A stretch of 64,000 nt of DNA from an uncultured Eggerthellaceae bacterium (GTDB taxonomy: Bacteria; Actinomycetota; Coriobacteriia; Coriobacteriales; Eggerthellaceae), in contig CAZKKN010000002.1 of the NCBI GenBank assembly GCA_964553375.1, forward strand, positions 3,280 through 67,279, given 5' to 3'. The first letter of the stretch is position 1. Every line of letters starts with the position of its first letter. The position numbers were made by a program, and so were the translations under genes. This document shows positions 28,677 to 40,166 of this stretch, in pieces. Below the pieces are notes generated by a model. It saw only the letters and a program-made list of their open reading frames with translations. It made no database searches and was not told where the DNA came from.

Positions 28677-30991
28677 TGGCATTCGATGCGGATTACCGCC
28701 ATCGCAAGAGGCGTCCTGCGATCACACCTCTTCTCACCGGCGGTCTCGTTTTCTGGATCGCACTGGGTTCAAGCATCATGCTATTCTGCGATGGAAGCGG
28801 CTTTGACCCATTCATCGCCGGTGCCCTTGGCCTCATCCTGGCCTTAAGCCTTCTGCTGCCACTCAAGCGCTCAAAACACCCTTTGGCGTTCTTCCTTCTA
28901 TCATTGACGGCCGTGGGTTCTGCCCTGGGCGCGCTCCACGATGGCCTCCTCTCAAACCAGACGGCCGCTCTCCAAGAACGCGGGGAAGCGCAAGCCATCT
29001 TGGTCCTCCTCGATGACTCCGCACCCACCGGTTTCGGCGAGTCAGCCTTAGCCGAGCTACACCTGGATCAAGGCGCCCCTTTGCGCGTATCTGCGGTCTT
29101 CTCCTCATCGGAGCCGCTCTTCTATGGGGATAGGATCGAAGCTTTCGGTCGCTTCGCACCCCCCAGCACCGAGCGTGACGCCTTCACCCTCAGCCAAGGC
29201 ATCTGCGCTCGCTTCCAGGTGAGTTCCTACGAGGGCCTTGAGCCCCAAGGGATTGCAGGTGCCATTGGCGCGGTGCGCAAGCAGGTCATCGAGAACCTCC
29301 AGGGCTCCGATGCGGCCCACGGCGTTCTTCAGGCCCTCATCTGCGGATATCGTAGGGATATCAGGGATAGCCCGGTCTATGGGAGCTATCAGAGCTGCGG
29401 CCTTGCCCACCTCATCGCCGTGTCCGGCGCCCACTTGGTCATCGTCACCGCGCTTTTCGCCCAGGTGCTCAAGCTCATAGGCGTGCGCCGCTCTTTGGCG
29501 ATAGGGATCCTCTGCGCGGTCATGGCCGCATATTTCATCTTCTCGGGTGCTCCGGTCTCGGCGCTTCGAGCCTGCATGATGTCATCTGTGGGCATCCTGG
29601 CCCTTTTCGGGGCACGGCGCCCTTCAAGCCTCAACGCCCTGGGGCTATGCATCATCGGGCTTTTGGCGTTCAACCCCTGGGCGGCCCTTTCGGCATCGTT
29701 TACCCTCTCTGTGCTCTCCACCTTGGGAATCATACTATTCGCTCCGCTTTTGGAGGAGTGGTTCACCTTCGTTGAGCATCCGCTGCCGCAGTTCATCCGC
29801 AGCCCGCTGTCGCTTAGCGCCGCATCGGCTCTGCTCTCCCAGCTCTATGCCTCATCGCTTTTCTCACTGCTTCCCCTCATCTCGCCGGTGGCGAACATCA
29901 TCTGCGCACCGCTTTTCACCTTAGCTTGCAGCCTGGGGCTCGGAGCCGCCTTCCTAAGCCTCACCCCGTTGCCTATCGCCGGGCTGGCAGTGGATGCGGC
30001 TGCAGGCGTGGCAGGGCTCATGAATCTCTCCGCTCAAGTCCTGGCCGCGCTTCCAGCCGCTGCCATCCCCTTCACCCTGCCAACGGCTTTGGGATTGGGG
30101 GTGCCGGCCCTTTTGGGTTTCGGTCTATGGCTTTGGTGGCCGCGCTCGGTCTCCTTGCCACTATGCTTGGGGGTTCCAACGCTTCTGATCGCCCTCTATA
30201 TCGCCTGGCCCCATGGAGGGGATTCCATTACGCTGCTCGATGTGGGCCAAGGGGATGCCCTGCTGCTCCAAAGCGGGGGGTCAACGCTTCTCGTCGATAC
30301 AGGCAACAAGGATGCCCGGCTCACATCCGCCTTGGCCCGTCATCGCATCACGCGCCTCTCCGGCGTGCTCATCAGCCACGCCGATGACGACCATTGCGGC
30401 TCCCTTGATGCTCTGGAAAAGTGCATGACCGTGGATAAGGCATTCCTGGCTGCGCCCACCTTCGATGAGCCTGCGGAGAAATGCACAGAGCTTCTGAGCT
30501 CGTGTCGAAGGCTCACAGCGCAAACCGTACCCTTGACCAAGGGGGATGTGCTCACATTCGGCCGCTTCACCCTGGAGGTCCTTTGGCCGGAGGGGTTCAC
30601 CGACCAAGGGGGAAACGACGACAGCCTCTGCCTTCTGGCGAGCTATGACGGCGATGGCGATGGGGCGATCGACGCGAAGGCCCTTTTCCTCGGCGATGCC
30701 GAAAGCGAGGTGCTTGAGCGAATCCTCCAGGAGAATGACGTGGGAAAGGTGGATATACTCAAAGTCGCTCACCACGGCTCAGCCCGCTCCCTCACTGCTC
30801 AGGAAGCCGCCTCGCTTAGTCCTTCCATCGCGCTCATCGGGGTAGGGGCCCGCAACCGCTACGGACACCCCGCACCCTCGACCTTGGAAATCCTGGAGGG
30901 CTGCGGCTGCGCCATCTATCGCACCGATGAGAATGGGGAGGTTACCTGTAAGCTCAGCCCTCATGCCATCACCGTGAGCTCCATGGCGTAG
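28676..30991 (+). CDS. comEC: DNA internalisation competence protein ComEC/Rec2 with metallo-beta-lactamase domain
   Basis: Polytopic competence domain (GLAHLIAVSGAHL) plus an MBL domain (LLDVGQGDALLLQ, ISHADDDHCG). TGATG overlap with comEA. Confidence 0.88.
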   Translation: MAFDADYRHRKRRPAITPLLTGGLVFWIALGSSIMLFCDGSGFDPFIAGALGLILALSLLLPLKRSKHPLAFFLLSLTAVGSALGALHDGLLSNQTAALQERGEAQAILVLLDDSAPTGFGESALAELHLDQGAPLRVSAVFSSSEPLFYGDRIEAFGRFAPPSTERDAFTLSQGICARFQVSSYEGLEPQGIAGAIGAVRKQVIENLQGSDAAHGVLQALICGYRRDIRDSPVYGSYQSCGLAHLIAVSGAHLVIVTALFAQVLKLIGVRRSLAIGILCAVMAAYFIFSGAPVSALRACMMSSVGILALFGARRPSSLNALGLCIIGLLAFNPWAALSASFTLSVLSTLGIILFAPLLEEWFTFVEHPLPQFIRSPLSLSAASALLSQLYASSLFSLLPLISPVANIICAPLFTLACSLGLGAAFLSLTPLPIAGLAVDAAAGVAGLMNLSAQVLAALPAAAIPFTLPTALGLGVPALLGFGLWLWWPRSVSLPLCLGVPTLLIALYIAWPHGGDSITLLDVGQGDALLLQSGGSTLLVDTGNKDARLTSALARHRITRLSGVLISHADDDHCGSLDALEKCMTVDKAFLAAPTFDEPAEKCTELLSSCRRLTAQTVPLTKGDVLTFGRFTLEVLWPEGFTDQGGNDDSLCLLASYDGDGDGAIDAKALFLGDAESEVLERILQENDVGKVDILKVAHHGSARSLTAQEAASLSPSIALIGVGARNRYGHPAPSTLEILEGCGCAIYRTDENGEVTCKLSPHAITVSSMA

Positions 30992-31001
30992 AATAGCCTT
31001 C

Positions 31002-31964
31002 ATGGCTACATCAACTGACAAAGCATTGCTTCCCGCTTACCTCATCGTGGGCGGAGATGAGCTCAAGCGCCGCCGTGTCCTGGAGAAACTGCGCCAGCGC
31101 GTGGAGGCGTTAGGGGACCTCTCCTTCAACCACGACGAGTTCGATGGCGAAACCACCACCGGCACCGCCATCGCCTCGGCCTGCAATACGCTGCCCTTTG
31201 CCAGCGAAATGCGCCTGGTGGAGGTCAAAAACGGAGAGAAGCTGAAAAAGGCCGACAACGACGTGCTCGAGGCCTATCTGGCTGCACCGAGCCAAAGCAC
31301 GGTGCTCGCCTTCTCCGCCGAGAAGCTCGCCAAGAATACCCGGCTTTACAAGGCTTTCGCCGCCCTGGGCTCACAAGCGGTCATCACCTGCGAGCCCATG
31401 AAGCGCTTCGAGCTCGTTCGCGCCGTGCGATCCATGGCCGCTGGCTACGGCTTCACCTTAAGCGAAAGCGCCGCTTCAAAGCTCATCGAACTTACAGGCG
31501 AGGATACGGTGCGCCTAGACTCCGAGCTGCGCAAGCTCGCCTTAGCCGCCAACCCCGATGGAACCATCGGCGAACGCGATGTGGCCACCCTGGTTGCACG
31601 AACCACCGTTGCCAAACCCTGGGAGCTCACCGATGCCTTATCCCGGCGCGACTTGAAGCAGTGCCTGGTGCTTTTGGGGCTTTGCGAGGATGCACCGCTG
31701 CGGTTGCTCGCCCTTTGCGTCGCCCGTCTCAGGGAACTCGCCTGCGCTCAGGCCCTGGAGGCTCGCGGGGAGGGGGCGAACCTCGCCAAGGAGCTGGGCC
31801 TTCAGCCCTGGCGCGTTAAGAACCTCACAGCTTGGGCCCGCAACTTCACGCCCGAGGAGCTGCGCCGCGCTTTCTCCTCGGCACGGGATTGCGAGCAGAA
31901 ACTGAAAAGCACCTCCCTTGGGGATGCCGCCTTCCGCGATTGGGTCATCAGCACGGTAAGCTGA
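31002..31964 (+). CDS. holA: DNA polymerase III delta subunit
   Basis: YLIVGGDELKRRRVLEKL N-terminus, length about 320 aa, conserved position after comEC. Confidence 0.82.
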   Translation: MATSTDKALLPAYLIVGGDELKRRRVLEKLRQRVEALGDLSFNHDEFDGETTTGTAIASACNTLPFASEMRLVEVKNGEKLKKADNDVLEAYLAAPSQSTVLAFSAEKLAKNTRLYKAFAALGSQAVITCEPMKRFELVRAVRSMAAGYGFTLSESAASKLIELTGEDTVRLDSELRKLALAANPDGTIGERDVATLVARTTVAKPWELTDALSRRDLKQCLVLLGLCEDAPLRLLALCVARLRELACAQALEARGEGANLAKELGLQPWRVKNLTAWARNFTPEELRRAFSSARDCEQKLKSTSLGDAAFRDWVISTVS

Positions 31965-31990
31965 AGCGCCCAGAATCAGCTCTGAAACGA

Positions 31991-32016
31991 ATCAGCCCCG
32001 CATTTGCGGGGCTGAT
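31991..32016. terminator. bidirectional terminator between convergent holA and rpsT
   Basis: 11-bp perfect stem ATCAGCCCCGC / GCGGGGCTGAT with loop ATTT. T-rich flank on the minus-strand side (TCGTTTC). Confidence 0.75.
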
Positions 32017-32059
32017 CCTCTTGATATGCGGATGGACCCGAGGTCCAGCCAACAACGTT

Positions 32060-32656
32060 TTATTCGGCAGCTTCCTCAGCTGCTTCCTCGGCAGCCTCTT
32101 CAACAGCCTCTTCCGCAGCTTCAGCGGTCTCGGCTGCAACCTCATCGGCGGCTTCCTCGGCTTCCTCGGCAGCCTCTGCCTCAGCAGCTTCGGCCTTAGC
32201 GGCCTCTTCTGCTTCCTTGGCCTTGCGCTTGGCGGCCTTCTCCTCTTCTTTCAGCTGCTTCTCGCGACGCTTGGCCTTCTCTTCGCTGGCCTTGGCCATC
32301 TCGGCGTTGCGCTCTTCCTTGCGAGCAGCCTTCTTGCTGCCGGTCTTGGTCTTCTTCGGCGCAGCTTTCTCATAAGCCTCGATGTCGGCCGGGGTGACCA
32401 CGGTATTGGCGAGCTTCATGACGCCGCTCTTGCGATTGGCTGCCTGATTCTTATGGAGCACGCCCTTGGAGACCGCTTTATCCATCAGTCGGCAGGCGGC
32501 GCAGGCGTATTGGTAAGCCTCGGCACCGTTACCGGCCTCCACAGCGTCTTTAACGTGACGCACGGCGGTTTTGATCTCGCTTTTGACTGCACGGTTGCGC
32601 ATACGGCGTTTCTCGTTGGTGATATTGCGCTTCTTTTGACTCTTGATGTTTGCCAC
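32060..32656 (-). CDS. rpsT: 30S ribosomal protein S20 with a 112-aa charged C-terminal extension
   Basis: S20 core MANIKSQKKRNITNEKRRMRNRAVKSEIKT...KGVLHKNQAANRKS (about 86 aa). GTG start with a GGAGG Shine-Dalgarno sequence. The tail (32060-32398) is K/E/A low complexity. Confidence 0.88.
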   Translation of the reverse strand: MANIKSQKKRNITNEKRRMRNRAVKSEIKTAVRHVKDAVEAGNGAEAYQYACAACRLMDKAVSKGVLHKNQAANRKSGVMKLANTVVTPADIEAYEKAAPKKTKTGSKKAARKEERNAEMAKASEEKAKRREKQLKEEEKAAKRKAKEAEEAAKAEAAEAEAAEEAEEAADEVAAETAEAAEEAVEEAAEEAAEEAAE

Positions 32657-32753
32657 TCTTATTTCCTCCGTTTTAATCTTGTTTCCTAACGAAACTTCTA
32701 AATCTTAGCATAGAATGATTGAAACGTCGGTATAGATTCTGAAAGTAGGAAAT

Positions 32754-34583
<1,830 letters not shown>

Positions 34584-34787
34584 ATGGCTAAACGCGAGGA
34601 ATACGATTGGTTGGAAGATCCTTTCGATGAGGCGAAGAACGCCCAGATCCAGCAAGAACTGGAAAGCGCCCGGCACCGCTCGCTGGTGCTCGCCATCGTA
34701 GCTGCAGTGGTTGTGCTGCTTGCTGTGCTCTTCTTCGCCTTGTCCTGCAGCGCTGTGACATTCCTCGGCGATGGCCTTGGAGTCTAG
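34584..34787 (+). CDS. hypothetical small membrane protein
   Basis: The ATG abuts the lepA TAG stop. Acidic N-terminus followed by one TM helix (LVLAIVAAVVVLLAVLFFAL). No recognisable family. Confidence 0.4.
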   Translation: MAKREEYDWLEDPFDEAKNAQIQQELESARHRSLVLAIVAAVVVLLAVLFFALSCSAVTFLGDGLGV

Positions 34788-34820
34788 CAGGGCGCATAAC
34801 ACCTCTCTTCGGGAAGGCTG

Positions 34821-35798
34821 ATGCTCATGGATGGGCTCTTCGGCGCATATAAGGCCATCTTGGCCCCCATGGCAGGCGTGACCGATGCCGCCTTCCGCAC
34901 GCTTTGCCGCGAGCAAGGGGCAGACCTCACCTACACCGAGATGGTCTCTGCCAAGGGGCTTTCCTATGCCAATGAGAAGACGCGGCGGCTGGTGGACTTA
35001 GGACCAGGCGAGCAGGAGGTAGCCGTCCAGCTTTTCGGCCACGAGCCCGATACCGTAGCTGCCATGGCAGCCTGGGTGGAACAGGAGCTGGGGGAGCATC
35101 TGGCCTACATGGATATCAATATGGGATGCCCCGCCCGCAAGATCGTCACCAAAGGCGATGGCTCCGCCCTGATGAAGGACCCGCCTTTAGCCGCAGCGAT
35201 CGTGGAGGCCACGAAGCGCGCCGTACAATGCCCTGTGACCTGTAAGATCCGCCGCGGGTGGTCTGCCGAGGAAGGGGAGAGCGCCGTGGATCTCGCCCGG
35301 TGCCTGGAGGCGGCCGGAGCGGACGCCGTGGCTGTGCACGGGAGATTCTCCACCCAGATGTATCGCGGCCGCGCCAACTGGGGGACGATTGCGCGGGTGA
35401 AGCAGGCCCTCTCTATTCCGGTTGTGGGAAACGGGGACGTGACCTGCGGCGCAGATGCGGTGCGCATGGTGAAGGAAACGCAGTGCGACGGCGTTATGGT
35501 AGCACGTGCGGCCGAAGGCAACCCTTGGGTGTTCGCCGATATGAAGGCGGCCTTGGAGGGACGCCCCGCCCCAGCACCCCCTACGCCCCAAGAACGCATG
35601 GAGACGGCAAAACGCCACGTGGCCATGCTCGCTGAGCTGAATGAAGGGCACCTTACCCCCATGCGCAAGCATGCCGCATGGTATGTGCGCGGCCTTCCCG
35701 GGGCGGCTGCAGCCCGGGGTCGGTTGAACGAATGTAGCACAGTGGGGGAATTCTTCGATGTATTCGACGAGATAGCGAGGCATGGCCATGCCGCATGA
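34821..35798 (+). CDS. dusB: tRNA-dihydrouridine synthase
   Basis: LAPMAGVTDAAFR N-terminal motif and TIM-barrel FMN enzyme pattern (INMGCP...K). Confidence 0.88.
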   Translation: MLMDGLFGAYKAILAPMAGVTDAAFRTLCREQGADLTYTEMVSAKGLSYANEKTRRLVDLGPGEQEVAVQLFGHEPDTVAAMAAWVEQELGEHLAYMDINMGCPARKIVTKGDGSALMKDPPLAAAIVEATKRAVQCPVTCKIRRGWSAEEGESAVDLARCLEAAGADAVAVHGRFSTQMYRGRANWGTIARVKQALSIPVVGNGDVTCGADAVRMVKETQCDGVMVARAAEGNPWVFADMKAALEGRPAPAPPTPQERMETAKRHVAMLAELNEGHLTPMRKHAAWYVRGLPGAAAARGRLNECSTVGEFFDVFDEIARHGHAA

Positions 35799-36906
35799 CC
35801 CGTATAAGGCGCTCTACCTCCACGTACCCTTCTGCAAGAGCCGTTGCAACTACTGCGACTTCACCACCCGGGGCGTGGCACCGGACGACCCGCGCATCGA
35901 TCAGTATGTGGAACGCCTGATCACCGAGGTACGGCGGCTGAGCAAAGCCGAGGAGCTGGGAGAGATCGAGACGGTCTATCTGGGCGGCGGCACACCGAGC
36001 TACCTGGGATCCCGGCGCCTGACGAGCCTGCTTTATGCTTTAGGGGTCTCGCTGGATCTGACCCGGGATTCCCTTGAGTTCACTATGGAAGCCAACCCCG
36101 AGAGCCTGGATGAGCGCCTGGTGAGAGACATCTGGGCTTTGGGGGTGAACCGCTTATCCATCGGGGTGCAGAGCTTCGATGACACGCTGCTCTCCCTGCT
36201 GGGGCGTCCCCACAGCGCCGAAGACGCCCGCCGGGCCCTGGAGTATGCCAAGGACCGCTTTGAGAACATAAGCGTGGATTTGATCTGCGGTATCCCCGGT
36301 CAGACCGACCGGTCCCTGGAAGCATCCCTTGAGGAGGCCGTAGCCGCAGGGGTATCCCATGTAAGCGTCTATCCCTTGAGCATCGAACCGGGCACGCCTC
36401 TTGACCGCCAGGTGTTGCGCGGCGAGATGGACCCTTGCAATGACGAGGCCCAGGCCCGCCAGATGCTTTTGGCTGAGTCCCTACTGACCAGCGCGGGCTA
36501 TCACCGCTATGAGGTGGCAAGCTATTCATTGGAGGGCTTCGAGTGCCGCCACAACACCGCCTATTGGTCCGGCGTTCCCTATCTGGGGGTGGGGGAGGCC
36601 GCTGCAACCATGACGCAAAACGATGAGCGACGCATGCGCTTGACCGATGGCCAGGTCACCGACGACCTGACCCGCAGGCAAATGGAGGCAGAAGACCTCA
36701 TGTTGGCCATGCGCATGACCCGCGGCGTGAGCGAGGAGCGCATCTCCGCTGCCCGTCCATACCTTCCGGGCTTGGACGATACCCTCCATTCCCTCGTTGA
36801 GCGCGGGCTCATAACCCACGACCAGCAGGCCTTCCGTCCCACCCGCCAAGGCTGGCTTCTCGGCAATGAGCTCTATGGGGCCTTCTTCGATTTAGGCGAA
36901 TCCTAA
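35782..36906 (+). CDS. hemW: radical SAM heme chaperone HemW (HemN-like)
   Basis: LYLHVPFCKSRCNYCDF CxxxCxxC motif. Conserved lepA...hemW-hrcA context. Confidence 0.88.
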   Translation: MAMPHDPYKALYLHVPFCKSRCNYCDFTTRGVAPDDPRIDQYVERLITEVRRLSKAEELGEIETVYLGGGTPSYLGSRRLTSLLYALGVSLDLTRDSLEFTMEANPESLDERLVRDIWALGVNRLSIGVQSFDDTLLSLLGRPHSAEDARRALEYAKDRFENISVDLICGIPGQTDRSLEASLEEAVAAGVSHVSVYPLSIEPGTPLDRQVLRGEMDPCNDEAQARQMLLAESLLTSAGYHRYEVASYSLEGFECRHNTAYWSGVPYLGVGEAAATMTQNDERRMRLTDGQVTDDLTRRQMEAEDLMLAMRMTRGVSEERISAARPYLPGLDDTLHSLVERGLITHDQQAFRPTRQGWLLGNELYGAFFDLGES

Positions 36907-36954
36907 ACGAATGCCGGGGAATGCGCATATTCAGTGACACTTGCGAAACAAGGG

Positions 36955-36981
36955 TTAGCACTCCATCCTAGAGACTGCTAG
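36955..36981 (+). promoter_or_regulatory. CIRCE operator (HrcA binding site), slightly degenerate
   Basis: TTAGCACTC-N9-GACTGCTAG versus the consensus TTAGCACTC-N9-GAGTGCTAA (2 mismatches in the right arm). It lies 75 nt upstream of hrcA and overlaps a possible TTAGCA-18-TAGAAT promoter (36955-36984). Confidence 0.75.
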
Positions 36982-37055
36982 AATACGTTGCGACTCAAGA
37001 TAACCCCTGAAGGGAAGCCCAAAAGGGGAGTGAGGAAGAGGAGGCTGCGCGATCC

Positions 37056-37769
37056 ATGCTTTCCGATCGCCGTCAAAAAGTGCTTGCAGCACTCATAGAG
37101 GAGTATGTGGCCCGCGCCATGCCGGTTGGCTCGCGCACCTTGGCCGAGCAGTACGGTTTCGATGTGAGCCCAGCCACTATCCGCAACGATCTCTCCGCCC
37201 TGGAAGAGGAAGGCTACATCTCCCAGCCCCACACCTCTGCCGGTCGCGTTCCCACCGATACCGGCTACCGAGCCTTCGTGGACCAGTTGATCGAAGACGG
37301 CCTGGAAGCCGACGACGAAGAAGCGCGCCGGGCCTTGGAAGCCCTGAAAGAGAGCGCCCGGGAACTCGATGAGCTCTTCGAACGCACCTCGAAGGTGCTC
37401 TCCCAGTTCACCGATTGCCTTTCGGTGGTAGCCCCGCCGGATCTCTCCCACCTGCATCGTTTGGGCATGCTCTCGCTCATGCGCCAGCCGGAATTCGTAC
37501 GGACGGAATCCCTGATGCCCATCATGCAAATGCTGGAAGATGATACTATGTTGCTCCACGTGCTCGATACTGCAGCGGCGCGGGACGACAGGCCCGATGT
37601 GCGCATCGGCCGGGAAAACGACACCGAACAGCTGGCCGGCGTATCCGTGGTGGCCTGCCGCTTCGGTGCCGGCCCAGACGGCGGCATCGTAGCTGTCATA
37701 GGCCCCACCCGCATGAATTATATAAAGGCCCTCACAGCGGTACGGCTCGCCAGCCAAACCCTGGGATAG
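37056..37769 (+). CDS. hrcA: heat-inducible transcription repressor HrcA (unusually short, 237 aa)
   Basis: N-terminal wHTH VGSRTLAEQYGFDVSPATIRNDLSALEEEGYISQPHTSAGRVPTD and C-terminal GPTRMNY signature. Confidence 0.85.
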   Translation: MLSDRRQKVLAALIEEYVARAMPVGSRTLAEQYGFDVSPATIRNDLSALEEEGYISQPHTSAGRVPTDTGYRAFVDQLIEDGLEADDEEARRALEALKESARELDELFERTSKVLSQFTDCLSVVAPPDLSHLHRLGMLSLMRQPEFVRTESLMPIMQMLEDDTMLLHVLDTAAARDDRPDVRIGRENDTEQLAGVSVVACRFGAGPDGGIVAVIGPTRMNYIKALTAVRLASQTLG

Positions 37770-37802
37770 GCGCGACGGATGACCTTGAAAGGAAACCTCT
37801 AA

Positions 37803-38939
37803 ATGGCCTCTGATCTATACGAAGTGCTTGGCGTCACCCGCGATGCCACCGAAGAGGAGATAAAGAAGGCGTTTCGTCGCCAAGCCCGCAAACTCCACCC
37901 GGATGTGAATAAATCACCCAATGCCGAGGAGGAGTTCAAGGAACTCAACGAGGCCTACGATATCCTTTCCGACCCCACCAAGCGCGCCTACTACGACCGC
38001 ACCGGCTCCACTCCCGGAGCTGCAGGGGGCCACGACCCCTTCGGCGGCGGTTACGTGGACTTCGAGGACATCTTCGGTGGCGGTTTCGGCACCATGGGCG
38101 ATATCTTCAGCTCGTTCTTCAGCGGCATGGGCGGTGCTGGCGGTACTCGGCGCGAGGGCCGTGACATGGGCGTGGGCCTGCGCATAACCTTGGAAGAGGC
38201 CGCTACCGGCGCGAAAAAGGAGATAGTCTATGACCGCCTTGCTCCTTGCCCCGATTGCGACGGCACGGGCTTAGGCGAAGACGGCAAGGAGGTCACCTGC
38301 CCTGAGTGCAACGGGTCGGGTCGCGTCTACAGCGTTCAGCGCACGTTCCTCGGCGATATGCGCACCACCTCCACCTGCAATGCCTGCGAGGGCACCGGCA
38401 AGATCATCGACAACCCTTGCGTGGAGTGCGGAGGCCAGGGCCGCATCCCCGATCGCCAACGCCTGACCGTGGAAGTGCCCGTGGGTATCCGCGATTCCCA
38501 ACAGCTGCGCATCACCGGTTTCGGCGAAGCGGGCATGCGCGGTGCCCAATCGGGAAACCTCATCGTGACCTGCCGCGTGCAGCCCCACGATTTCTTTGAG
38601 CGCGAGGGCGATGCCCTGCACGCCATGGCGAAGATCTCCATGGTGCAGGCTGCCCTGGGGGCGGATATAGAGATTGACGGCATCCTGCCCGACGAGAAGA
38701 TCACCGTGCCCATCCCCGAGGGCTGCCAAAACGACCAGGTGATCAAAGTGCGCGGCAAGGGCATGCCCAAATTCAAGAGCGACATGCGTGGGGACCTCTA
38801 CGTCCATATCGAAGTGGTCATCCCTAAGAATCTCACGAAAAGCCAGCGGGAGCTGCTCGAACAGCTCGCCGATGACCTGGGGGATGAATACGCCCAATCC
38901 CGCTCGCCCCTTGAGAAGCTGCGCAACGTCTTCTCGTAG
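37803..38939 (+). CDS. dnaJ: molecular chaperone DnaJ
   Basis: J domain (DLYEVLGV...KLHPD), G/F region and four CxxCxGxG repeats ([32 protein letters not shown]). Confidence 0.95.
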   Translation: MASDLYEVLGVTRDATEEEIKKAFRRQARKLHPDVNKSPNAEEEFKELNEAYDILSDPTKRAYYDRTGSTPGAAGGHDPFGGGYVDFEDIFGGGFGTMGDIFSSFFSGMGGAGGTRREGRDMGVGLRITLEEAATGAKKEIVYDRLAPCPDCDGTGLGEDGKEVTCPECNGSGRVYSVQRTFLGDMRTTSTCNACEGTGKIIDNPCVECGGQGRIPDRQRLTVEVPVGIRDSQQLRITGFGEAGMRGAQSGNLIVTCRVQPHDFFEREGDALHAMAKISMVQAALGADIEIDGILPDEKITVPIPEGCQNDQVIKVRGKGMPKFKSDMRGDLYVHIEVVIPKNLTKSQRELLEQLADDLGDEYAQSRSPLEKLRNVFS

Positions 38940-40154
38940 ATGAACCTGCCATCCTCCATAGAGCGCTTCTCCATCGTCAACCTCGGTTGCAAGGTGAACC
39001 GCGTTGAATCCGACACCTTGGCCGAGCGTCTGCTGGGGCGTGGCCTGCAAAGCGCCCCTGCATCTGAGGCCGACTTGGTGATCATAAACACCTGCACCGT
39101 CACGGGTGAGGCGGAGAAGAAGACCCGAAAAGCGGTCCGCAAGGCCTTAAAGGATGCTCCGGACGCAACCGTTGTGGTCACCGGCTGTGCCGCCACCATG
39201 GATCCGAGCTTCTATGAGGCCCTGGACGAACGGGTATCGGTGATCCCCAAAGGGGATCTCCTTGAGAACAGCTTCCTCCCGAAGACGCCAAACACCATGC
39301 GCCTGGGAGCCGGTTTCCCCACCCGCGTGGGCATCAAGGCCCAGGATGGCTGCGATAACGCCTGCACCTACTGCATCGTCCATGTGGCCCGCGGCCCGGC
39401 GCGAAGCACCCCCTTCGATGAGGTGGTCTCCGAATGCAAGCGCTACCTGCAGGACGGGGTGAAAGAGCTCGTTTTAACAGGAATCGACCTGGGAAGATAC
39501 CAATGGGAAGGCCGAGGCCTGGCCAGTCTTCTCTCCGCGCTGCTTGAAGCCAGCTCCCAGCAGGCAACCGCAGACGAGCATCCCTGCCGTTTTCGCCTCT
39601 CGTCAGTGGAGCCTTTGAGCCTAAGCGAGCCTCTGATTGAGCTGCTGGCTACATCGGAAGGGCTTCTCTGCCGCCATTTGCACCTGCCATTGCAGTCCGG
39701 CTCCTCTTCGGTGCTCGCAGCCATGGGACGACCCTACAGCCGCGAGCGCTTCCTGGCGCTCACCGCAGAGCTCTATGAGCGCATCCCGAGCCTTTCCCTC
39801 ACCACAGACATCATCTGTGGCTTTCCCGGCGAGACCGATGACGACTTCGCCTGCACCTTAAGCGCGGCGCGGGAGGCTCGCTTCTCCAAGATACACGTGT
39901 TTCCCTACTCCCAAAGGCCGGGCACCCCAGCAGCGAGACGACCCGACCAGATAGACCCGGCTTTGAAGCGCCAACGCACCTCTGAAATGCGAAAACTCGC
40001 TGATGAGCTGCGCCAGGATGATTTCAACCGCCGCCGGGGGAGCACCGAGCTCTGCCTCGTGGAACCCGACCGGGCGCTAACGGAGAGCTATCATGAATTG
40101 CCCGTGGATGCGGCCTGGACCATCGGCACCCTGCAAAAGACGCTCGTTCACTGA
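38940..40154 (+). CDS. mtaB: MiaB-family radical SAM methylthiotransferase, probably tRNA t6A37 methylthiotransferase MtaB
   Basis: N-terminal Cys triad domain (GCKVN...NTCTVT...GC) and radical SAM motif DGCDNACTYCIV. Its position after dnaJ matches Firmicutes mtaB. Confidence 0.8.
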   Translation: MNLPSSIERFSIVNLGCKVNRVESDTLAERLLGRGLQSAPASEADLVIINTCTVTGEAEKKTRKAVRKALKDAPDATVVVTGCAATMDPSFYEALDERVSVIPKGDLLENSFLPKTPNTMRLGAGFPTRVGIKAQDGCDNACTYCIVHVARGPARSTPFDEVVSECKRYLQDGVKELVLTGIDLGRYQWEGRGLASLLSALLEASSQQATADEHPCRFRLSSVEPLSLSEPLIELLATSEGLLCRHLHLPLQSGSSSVLAAMGRPYSRERFLALTAELYERIPSLSLTTDIICGFPGETDDDFACTLSAAREARFSKIHVFPYSQRPGTPAARRPDQIDPALKRQRTSEMRKLADELRQDDFNRRRGSTELCLVEPDRALTESYHELPVDAAWTIGTLQKTLVH

Positions 40155-40166
40155 TACAATCTGCCT

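Noticed and set aside
31832-32689. 285-aa + strand ORF spanning the holA end and all of rpsT.
   Set aside because: It is the mirror image of the rpsT low-complexity tail (Leu/Gly/Phe/Ser repeats) and would read through the strong bidirectional terminator at 31991-32016. The S20 core on the minus strand is diagnostic.
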